Below, piece by piece: positions 9,027 through 15,898 of a stretch of DNA of 37,267 nucleotides. The notes below the pieces were generated by a model, which saw only the letters and a program-made list of their open reading frames with translations, did not search any database and had not been told where the DNA came from. This DNA comes from Candidatus Micrarchaeota archaeon (GTDB lineage Archaea; Micrarchaeota; Micrarchaeia; Micrarchaeales; CABMGC01). Each line of letters begins with the position of its first letter. Positions within the stretch are counted from its first letter, which is position 1. The stretch lies in the NCBI GenBank assembly GCA_021809925.1, contig JAJZJV010000004.1:1-37267 (forward strand). The letters run 5' to 3'. The position numbers were made by a program, and so were the translations under genes.

Positions 9027-9653
9027 ATGGTAGTGGAGAGAAGATTCATAGAAGACTTGATGATAAAGAATAACATTTCAAAATATCTTGAGAAGGAGCT
9101 TAGCAGGGCAGGCTTCTCAAGAGTTGAGATTCAGAAAACTCCAGTCATAACGAGGATAACAACATATGTCACAAATCCAGGAAGAGTCATTGGCAGGGGA
9201 GGAGAGACAATCAATGCCCTGACAGAGACCATGAAAAAGAAGTTTGGTGTTGAGAATCCTCAGATCAGCGTTGCTGAAGTAAAGAATCCAAAGCTTGAGC
9301 CTATGCTTGTAGGCAAGTATATAGCTAACTCTTTAGAGAGAGGCATGAATGCAAGAAGGCTTCTTCACTCAGCAATAAAGGATATTATGAACAATGGAGC
9401 TCTTGGGGCAGAGATAATTGCTCAGGGAAAGCTTGCTGCGAAGGGAGCAAGGGCAAAGTCGATAAAAGTTAGGCTTGGATATCTGCCAAAAGCAGGAGAT
9501 GTAACAAAGCTTGTTGATGAAGCCAAGATTGCTGCATATCCAAAGTACGGGGCAATAGGGGTAGTAGTAAGGATCGTGCAACCTGGAACAAAGTTCCCTG
9601 ACAGAGAACTTAAGAAGATAGAATTGCCAAAGAACATAGCAGCCTCCAAGTAA
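9027..9653 (+). CDS. rps3: 30S ribosomal protein S3 (uS3)
   Basis: LEKELSRAGFS, KH motif PGRVIGRGG, GALGAEI...GKL, K.GAIGV.VRI..P. Confidence 0.98.
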   Translation: MVVERRFIEDLMIKNNISKYLEKELSRAGFSRVEIQKTPVITRITTYVTNPGRVIGRGGETINALTETMKKKFGVENPQISVAEVKNPKLEPMLVGKYIANSLERGMNARRLLHSAIKDIMNNGALGAEIIAQGKLAAKGARAKSIKVRLGYLPKAGDVTKLVDEAKIAAYPKYGAIGVVVRIVQPGTKFPDRELKKIELPKNIAASK

Positions 9654-9695
9654 CCAAGAAGGTATTTATATCAAATTGTGTAAAAGGTTTTATAA

Positions 9696-9893
9696 ATGAA
9701 GATTAAGGAATTAAGATCCCTTTCAAAGGAAGCTCTCGAAGCTAAGCTTGGGGAGCTGAGGCTTGATGTGAGCATTGAGAGAAGGAAGATAGCATCAACA
9801 GGAGTCGCAAGCAAGAAAGTCAAGCTTAGGGAGATGAAGAGAACCATGGCTCAAATATTGACTCTGCTTAAGGAGAGAGGTGCCAAAGCGTAA
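9696..9893 (+). CDS. rpl29: 50S ribosomal protein L29 (uL29)
   Basis: MKIKELRSLS..EL, K.REMKRT.AQILT. Operon position. Confidence 0.95.
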   Translation: MKIKELRSLSKEALEAKLGELRLDVSIERRKIASTGVASKKVKLREMKRTMAQILTLLKERGAKA

Positions 9894-10198
9894 TGCCTGA
9901 TATATGTCCAAAGTGCGGTCTGCCAAAGGAAATCTGCGTATGCGATATTCTTGATAGGGAGACAAACAGAAGGATCAAGATCTATACGGAAAAGAAGAAG
10001 TTCAGGAAGTTCATGACTGTTGTCAATGGCCTCAGTGGAGATGAGTTGGAGAAGACTGCAAAGGAACTTAAGAGAATGCTAGCATGCGGAGGAACATACA
10101 AGAACGGGACCATAGAACTCCAGGGAGGAGACAAGGAAGGAGTAAAGAAAGCATTGATCAGCTTAGGCTATCCTGAAGAAAGCATAGACGTATCCTGA
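9893..10198 (+). CDS. sui1: Translation initiation factor SUI1 (aIF1)
   Basis: CPKCGLPKEIC.C, ELKR.LACGGT.K.G.IELQG. Canonical position after rpl29. Confidence 0.97.
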   Translation: MPDICPKCGLPKEICVCDILDRETNRRIKIYTEKKKFRKFMTVVNGLSGDELEKTAKELKRMLACGGTYKNGTIELQGGDKEGVKKALISLGYPEESIDVS

Positions 10199-10269
10199 TA
10201 AAGGGAAATTCAGTAAAACCTTTTATCTTTTTCAGTTATAAGTCAATTATAATTGTTAGAGATGATAAT

Positions 10270-10866
10270 ATGCAAGGAGAATTAAGAATAGGCGAGTCTG
10301 CTCCAGAGATAAAGTCAAAGGCATGGTACCCAAAGAGCAACAAGATAGAGGAATTCGTGCTGTCTGAGCACAGGGGGAAATGGGTCATACTCACATTCTA
10401 CCCGGGAGACTTCACATTTGTATGCGCAACAGATATAGAGGCTTTCATGTCATCGCACCAGGATTTCGAGAAGAATGGAGCAATTATAGTCGCGATAAGC
10501 ACTGACAGCGTATTCTCGCATAAGGCATGGAGCGAGACCTCTCCGAGGGTGAAGGAGAGCACAATACCACTCATAGATGATTTCAACAAGAAGATCTCTA
10601 CAAAGTACGGTTTCCTAAACGAGGAGAGCGGCGCTGCGAGAAGAGGAACAGTAATAATAGATCCGGATATGAAGGTACAGTACATAGCGATACACAATGA
10701 TGCACTGGGTAAAGATGTGGAGCATATCTTTACCTCCTTTATGGGATTGAAATACATAAGAGAGACAAAGATGTCTGAGGGGCATGTCTGCGCAATCCCG
10801 GCCAACTGGCGCCTTGGGAAGAAGGCTCTCGATATAGACATTGTGAACGACATAGGAAAGCTCTGA
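10270..10866 (+). CDS. ahpC: Peroxiredoxin (AhpC/TSA family)
   Basis: GKWV.L.FYPGDFTFVCATD, ISTDS.FSHKAW, A.RGT.IIDP, VCAIPANW. Confidence 0.93.
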   Translation: MQGELRIGESAPEIKSKAWYPKSNKIEEFVLSEHRGKWVILTFYPGDFTFVCATDIEAFMSSHQDFEKNGAIIVAISTDSVFSHKAWSETSPRVKESTIPLIDDFNKKISTKYGFLNEESGAARRGTVIIDPDMKVQYIAIHNDALGKDVEHIFTSFMGLKYIRETKMSEGHVCAIPANWRLGKKALDIDIVNDIGKL

Positions 10867-10867
10867 T

Positions 10868-10903
10868 AAGAAGGCGCCGGGGGCGCTCTTTCTTAATTTT
10901 TTT
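10868..10903 (+). terminator. Hairpin plus oligo-T terminator after the peroxiredoxin gene
   Basis: AAGAAGGCGCCGGGGGCGCTCTTTCTT followed by AATTTTTTT. Confidence 0.55.
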
Positions 10904-10966
10904 ATCTGATATCAGAGAATTCTTTAACTATACTGCACCATAGAGTAGTATTTGGGGCATGCGAAC

Positions 10967-11533
10967 TTAGCTCTTCTTGTGCTTCTTTTCCAACGCTTCC
11001 AATTCTTCCTGTGTCATTTTCTGGGACTGAGCGACAAAATCAGTAACCTTCTTGTAAGTGCCAGAGCTGAAGATTATTGGAACTGCCTCTTTCCTGACTT
11101 CTGAGTGCAAAACTTCCCCTATTATCATCATCTTGCTGCCTATGTTTTCATGACGTATTACCTTGCATTCCAGATTCAGTGCTGCTCCCTTTAGCATTGT
11201 AACATTTATCTCCTTTGCACCATAGAATTCTACGCCAAGCTCCTTAAGCATTGATATCTTGTTAATGTCCTTGCCACTCCTGCTTCCGGATATGCTTGAT
11301 ATGCCATTGTGCTCTTCTGCAGCTATGTTTACTCCAAAGACATTTGTCTCGAGTATATTCTCTGCTGTTGCAGAGCTCATGCCAATGTTTATCATTACAA
11401 GCCATGGGAAATATGAAACGACATGAGTCCATTCAGCTGCCATTATGTTCTCTCCATGCTTTCCGTTGCTTGTTATGAGTCCGACATTTGTTACAAATTT
11501 CTTAGCTTCGTCGCTTCCATATTTAAGGTCCAT
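10967..11533 (-). CDS. Flavin reductase-like (DIM6/NTAB) FMN-binding protein
   Basis: GLITS.G..G.NIMAAEW, T.ENI.E...FGVN, SG..SG....K, LECKV, IIGEV. Confidence 0.9.
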   Translation of the reverse strand: MDLKYGSDEAKKFVTNVGLITSNGKHGENIMAAEWTHVVSYFPWLVMINIGMSSATAENILETNVFGVNIAAEEHNGISSISGSRSGKDINKISMLKELGVEFYGAKEINVTMLKGAALNLECKVIRHENIGSKMMIIGEVLHSEVRKEAVPIIFSSGTYKKVTDFVAQSQKMTQEELEALEKKHKKS

Positions 11534-11842
11534 TCTCTCACCATCGATAATTTAGGATAATCAATTGATTATGCAGTAATATATTGCAGTAAAGGTTTTT
11601 ATTTATATAGGGCATCCTATATTTATCATGCCTAAGTGTGTCGTCAAATATTCTGGCCGGGTATTGCGATAAAGCAGGTTGACGCAAAGGAGATCGCAAA
11701 AGTTATTTCTTTCTGAACCTAGCATTAAGATTCAGAAAGTTCTTTATCATTTTTGCAACGCTTTCGGCAGCATATGGCAAATTCACTAACGCCTAAAAAT
11801 TAGTAAATTCTGAAATTTATTTATAGTAAGATTTTTATGGAA

Positions 11843-12583
11843 TTAGTGGGATACAATACAGGTAACACTAGAATAGGTATGTGCAAGACTTCCTATTGCT
11901 GCCGCGATGTTAGCTGCTACAATTCCATCAGAAGGAAGTGAGTCGGATCCTATAACTATCTGAACTACAGGCTGTCCTGCATTATTTATGATGGGTATAT
12001 TCTGGAATGAGATGCCCGCAAGTGAACTGTTATTATTTGAAGCTATAGTGAATAAATCCTGCACAAATTGATCTCCAGCCTGAACGGTTCCATTAGCAGA
12101 GTAACCTGCTATCAATATCCGAGTACTACCATAAGCTTGGACTATGTTGCTGTTTGAGGTGGGGCTTATTCCATTCTGTTTTTCTATCTGTTGACTTATT
12201 AGATTACCATGACCCCCCGATTCGGTGCCATTACCGACAGATATTAAAGTAGTGCTTGGATTTGCCTGAGAATCGAACACAACAAGAGGAGTTACTGCTG
12301 TGTTGAGATTATTTGGCACTGCTGCAAGAGTAGTTGAAGGCGTGCACTGAGTATTGTTCAGACTGCTGCTCAGACTGGCAATTGTATTGTTATCTGAAGT
12401 TAGTTGTGTCTTTAGATTATTGTTTTCACTTTGTAGATTGCCTACATTGGTTTGTAAAGCATTGCTATGGTTGGTCGCTACAATATAAAGTAAAGACAAT
12501 ACAATCAATATTAATGCTAAGCACCCGATTATTGCTTTAGTTAATGTGCTTGATTTAGTAGGGATTTCGCCATCTCCTTCCAT
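11843..12583 (-). CDS. Membrane-anchored protein: TM helix, coiled coil, then S-layer C-terminal-like and S-layer N-terminal-like segments
   Basis: TM at aa 17-36 and heptad stalk at aa 43-78. PLVVFDS...ILIAGY...T..A (S_layer_C-like) precedes VQIVIGS...SDG..AANIAA.IG (S_layer_N-like). Confidence 0.8.
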   Translation of the reverse strand: MEGDGEIPTKSSTLTKAIIGCLALILIVLSLLYIVATNHSNALQTNVGNLQSENNNLKTQLTSDNNTIASLSSSLNNTQCTPSTTLAAVPNNLNTAVTPLVVFDSQANPSTTLISVGNGTESGGHGNLISQQIEKQNGISPTSNSNIVQAYGSTRILIAGYSANGTVQAGDQFVQDLFTIASNNNSSLAGISFQNIPIINNAGQPVVQIVIGSDSLPSDGIVAANIAAAIGSLAHTYSSVTCIVSH

Positions 12584-12679
12584 AATACCACTAGTAATTA
12601 ATAGCTAAATGCTAAGTACATTTTTAGAATTACAGTAAAAGTTTAATAAATGTATGCTCCGCCCTCTCAAAAACGATGA

Positions 12680-12707
12680 TTTTGATGAAACTTTTTCCAA
12701 AAGTTTC
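12680..12707. repeat. Short palindromic dispersed repeat, copy 1
   Basis: TTTTGATGAAACTTTTTCCAAAAGTTTC, with stem GAAACTTTT/AAAAGTTTC. A similar copy lies at 26033-26063. Confidence 0.55.
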
Positions 12708-12742
12708 TTTTTCGAACCCTGAGCTGCGTCTTCAGAAATGGA

Positions 12743-12815
12743 CGCCTTGGCCGGGATTCGAACCCGGGTCGCAGCCGTGACAGGGCCGCATGCTGGTCCA
12801 CTACACTACCAAGGC
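12743..12815 (-). tRNA. tRNA-Asp(GTC), no encoded CCA
   Basis: GCCTTGGTAGTGTAGTGGACCAGCATGCGGCCCTGTCACGGCTGCGACCCGGGTTCGAATCCCGGCCAAGGCG folds as a cloverleaf with discriminator G. Confidence 0.97.
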
Positions 12816-12883
12816 ACTCTATAAATAGCACTAATTATTTGTTAGCAATAATATTAAACCTTTATATGGGTTCAGGAATCAAA

Positions 12884-13705
12884 CTATCTTGAAAATACGT
12901 ATCTTTCTCCTCCTGTAAGCAGATGCATAGATATTCTTGAGATGGATTCTGCATCTACCTCCATAGCAGAAGGAAGTGGAGCAACAAGCACCCTGCCTTC
13001 TTCCAGTTCTACATCATAACCATTGTTTTGTATCACAACACGCTCCCCAGAGGATCTTATTCTAAGAACAGCCGGATCAGTAAGCTTGATCTCTCCATAA
13101 GAATTAATCCAGAGAGTAGATGGAGAGATGTTGCCATGTACATTTCCTGCCTTTTTAAGGTCTTGGCCCAGCTCGGTTAGCTGCTCAGCCAAAGCAAGAC
13201 CCTCTTTTCCATTGATCTCTCTTGACATTAATACCTCGCCGAGAGTCCTTCCCTCTATCGGTTCTATATAATATCCAACAGTCCTTGACATCGCATCTCT
13301 CGCAACACCTGTTGGGGGTGGAATATGTTTTGGGCTTGACATCCCTAAAGAGGTCTGTGCGCAAAATGCACTCTCGTTTGAAAAGTCAGTATCGCTATCA
13401 CTCCTAAATAACCCCACATATGTACTTTCTCTTGTGCTGATTGAGGATGCTACACCATGAACCTCTCTCCAGAGAATGCTGAAGAAAGAAGAAGAAGTAT
13501 TGCCTTGTTCGGTAAGGGAGAATTCATCTCCAGATTGGTATGCGAAACCAATTACATAAAGTTTCCTTAACGAGGCTTTTATAGCATCGATGCCTATGCT
13601 GTTCTTCATCTTGGAGTCAAGATCTTCTGCAGAAGACTTTTTTGAATCATGCATGAATGCAAGCACTTTGGCTTCTGTAGAGGAGATCATTACAGAATAT
13701 ACCAT
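12884..13705 (-). CDS. Winged-helix plus degenerate protein-kinase-fold protein (RIO2-like architecture, probable pseudokinase)
   Basis: Real start is likely ATG 13705, with GAAAGTATATA (BRE/TATA) upstream. wHTH ends FSLTEQG. Kinase-like motifs YYIEPIEGRTL, VHGNISPSTLWI, IKLTDP. Confidence 0.7.
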   Translation of the reverse strand: MVYSVMISSTEAKVLAFMHDSKKSSAEDLDSKMKNSIGIDAIKASLRKLYVIGFAYQSGDEFSLTEQGNTSSSFFSILWREVHGVASSISTRESTYVGLFRSDSDTDFSNESAFCAQTSLGMSSPKHIPPPTGVARDAMSRTVGYYIEPIEGRTLGEVLMSREINGKEGLALAEQLTELGQDLKKAGNVHGNISPSTLWINSYGEIKLTDPAVLRIRSSGERVVIQNNGYDVELEEGRVLVAPLPSAMEVDAESISRISMHLLTGGERYVFSR

Positions 13706-13750
13706 AAAATCACAATCAATCAGATAATGATTAAAATATATACTTTCCGT

Positions 13751-14092
13751 GTAAACTACCCACCAGTAAGGGTGTGAGCTTTCCATAAGTTGATGAAAAT
13801 GTCGCACTGTAACAATCAGTTCAGCAATCGCATCTGGATGGATTATGTCGTTTACGGGAACTCTCCTATTGGAAATCTGAAGAGCAATATGGTTAGTATC
13901 GTCTCTCCGATCCGATAAGGACTTTGTGGCAATATTAAGGCCTGCATTTCTATTGGAGTTCATGACAACTCTGCATTCCTTGCATCTGAACAAGGCATAT
14001 TTTCTATCGACATGTTCTTTTCTGATAGTAGCACGGCAGAAAGAGAACTTAGAGGCATGCCGCGCATCAATGATACTCGGAGTAATGTTTTG
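13751..14092 (-). mobile_element. tnpB: IS200/IS605-family relic: TnpB C-terminal fragment plus right end
   Basis: IIDARHASK...ALFRCKEC...NSNRNAGLNIA corresponds to the Zn ribbon and RuvC-III, with Asp replaced by Asn. Right end GAAAGCTCACACCCTTACTGGTGGGTAGTTTAC ends at 13751. Confidence 0.8.
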
Positions 14093-14344
14093 TCAAAGAT
14101 AAACAACAATTCTATTTCGCGGATAGATTCACAATCCAATAAAAGCATATTCATATCAAAAATTTTACAGTTGCGTGGAACATTGAATTTGGAGGTAATT
14201 CCCCTGGATTTATCTTTGCTTCTCCAAACAGACATAAACTTGAACATTGAATCCTGTTCTTGCTTTGAATTCAGCAGGAGTCTTTCTATGGAAATCCGTA
14301 AAGACATTGCAGAAATGCTTATCTTCTCAAAGTACCTTGTAGCC

Positions 14345-14396
14345 AAATCTAAAGAAATAGGAAAAGAAGAAGTAAAAGAAAGACACCGTACGGTGT
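14345..14396 (-). terminator. Palindrome plus pyrimidine tract downstream of the secreted protein gene
   Basis: Perfect 14-bp palindrome ACACCGTACGGTGT (14383-14396), followed on the minus strand by CTTTCTTTTACTTCTTCTTTTCC. Confidence 0.55.
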
Positions 14397-14418
14397 TCGA
14401 TCCGATAATTATATGGTC

Positions 14419-15171
14419 TTAGTTATAGTATACGTCCCCTATATAGTTGCCTCCTTTGTATATGTACGCACTCTCATAAGAACCATTTGAGAGATAGTAA
14501 ACTTCAGCACCATTCGAGAGCGAAATTGATATGTACTGATAACCACTTCCGGATTCATTCTTTGCTGTGCCCAAAGAGACATCTCCATTCAGGACAGATG
14601 CAGCCTGATTCAGTATTATCGATGTATCTACAGTATATCCGTTCGCCACATAGACGCTTACGCTTGCATTAGGAGTAAGCCCTACAGCATAATTCTCTAC
14701 CTGCTGTTTCATGCTATCGAGCACTCCTGCTATTTGGCTATTCTGGTAGGAGGGTTGTACTTCTGTGAAGTATACTTCTCCAACATAATTCCAGTTAGGA
14801 GTATATACTAATGCCGAATAATAAGAGCCATCATAACCCCCTGAAAAAGATATCGAGTATCCACTTGAAGACTGTACATAGTAATTCTGGTAGCCATTAT
14901 AAGAGTCATTATACACTCCAGCGGCATTATTATTTATCATGCTTGCTGCCTGTTGCAGAACCACTGCCATTTTACTGGAGTACGAACTGTTAGACAGTGA
15001 GATGCTGACATTATATCCAGAATAAGTCGGTATTAAACCTACGTTAGATTGTAATACACTATTAGACATTCCGTTTAATACCGTGCCTGCTGGTTGGTTT
15101 GCTGCATTGAGCAAAGGAATAGATCCTAAAGCAAAAACGGCCATCATGTACACTAGAGTCTGTATTTTCAT
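14419..15171 (-). CDS. Secreted Tyr/Ser/Asn-rich protein with two internal repeats
   Basis: Signal peptide MKIQTLVYMMAVFALGSIPLLNAA. Repeats L.QAAS..N...GYQ...GSY.SA..Y....NY.G.VY. Confidence 0.8.
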   Translation of the reverse strand: MKIQTLVYMMAVFALGSIPLLNAANQPAGTVLNGMSNSVLQSNVGLIPTYSGYNVSISLSNSSYSSKMAVVLQQAASMINNNAAGVYNDSYNGYQNYYVQSSSGYSISFSGGYDGSYYSALVYTPNWNYVGEVYFTEVQPSYQNSQIAGVLDSMKQQVENYAVGLTPNASVSVYVANGYTVDTSIILNQAASVLNGDVSLGTAKNESGSGYQYISISLSNGAEVYYLSNGSYESAYIYKGGNYIGDVYYN

Positions 15172-15263
15172 ATAATCGGAATATCTCTTGTTTTTGGTGA
15201 TATATGAGCTTTGTGCTGCATGAATAGATAAATATATAAACATTTCCTAGATGGAGTGCTGTG

Positions 15264-15381
15264 GGAGTTGACATTTACATTCAATCGCCTCGCCGATCCC
15301 AATATCCTTAGATAACATACCTAATCGCATATGCAGGGAGACAACAAAAGATATGCGTCGATACCTTTTCCAAGAACCCTA
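15264..15381 (+). repeat. About 118-bp dispersed repeat, copy 1 (inverted relative to 23756-23871)
   Basis: Core CAATATCCTTAGATAACAYACCTAATCGCATATG (15300-15333) is 33/34 identical to the reverse complement of 23802-23835. Roughly 80% identity overall by hand alignment. Confidence 0.85.
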
Positions 15382-15439
15382 TGGATTGATAATCTCTAAA
15401 ATTCCTCTCTTGTTTTATCACAAGTGCAACGACATATTT

Positions 15440-15690
15440 TGCGAATTTCTTCGTATGGCCATATCTCTGCACTATGACACGGGCCTCCGCCCAAACCTTT
15501 ACTGTTTTATCATATATATTTCTATTGACGGTTTCATGGCTGTCAACTCCTGGCGATGCAACCAAACCTCTAAGAGACTCTATGCTAACCTGTTTCCGAA
15601 GATAAAAAGAAAAAGAAAATTCATATTCATTTGGATGAAAAGAGTATTGATATGCCAAGCCCCTACGTTCACTTTCATTCTGCGATTGAA
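15440..15690 (+). pseudogene. Tyrosine recombinase/integrase relic
   Basis: LRMAISLHYDTGLRP (box I Arg motif). Downstream in other frames: FG* and DMPSPYVHF, the archaeal integrase catalytic-Tyr motif GW....MP..YVH. Adjacent to the tRNA-Tyr 3' end. Confidence 0.65.
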
Positions 15691-15728
15691 AGCTGTAGAT
15701 TTTTCCGCTATGATATTATAAATGGAAA

Positions 15729-15834
15729 TCCCGTTGGAGAGATTTGAACTCCCAGCCTGCCGGTATCTTTCTTGAAGCTCATCAAGAAACTTTTCAGACT
15801 ACAGCCGGCCGCTCTGCCATTGAGCTACAACGGG
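15729..15834 (-). tRNA. tRNA-Tyr(GTA) with a 34-nt intron at 37/38 (15765-15798)
   Basis: Acceptor stem CCCGTTG/CAACGGG with C1-G72 and A73. Anticodon arm GCCGG-CTGTAG[intron]A-CCGGC. T arm GGGAG-TTCAAAT-CTCTC. Confidence 0.95.
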
Positions 15835-15898
15835 GTGACATTACATATTTTACAATTAGAAATACTATTTATATAAATATGGTTAAATATTAAAGACT

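Noticed and set aside
11595-11800. TATA box followed by ATG (MPKCVVKY...) and several short hairpins; possible small metal-binding pseudogene or ncRNA
   Set aside because: The ORF stops after 14 codons, similarity to any family is too weak, and the hairpins are AT-rich and could be chance.
12884-13993. 369-aa ORF as a genuine TnpB-kinase fusion
   Set aside because: The first 96 codons are TnpB tail, IS right end and promoter DNA. A TATA box and ATG at 13705 define the real gene.
13960-14422. Overlapping ORFs 13960..14346(-) and 14012..14422(+)
   Set aside because: No recognisable motifs. They overlap the TnpB relic and a terminator; probably decayed DNA.
15308-15721. ORFs 15308..15658(-) and 15353..15721(+) as intact genes
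   Set aside because: They are composites of a dispersed repeat and frameshifted integrase remnants.
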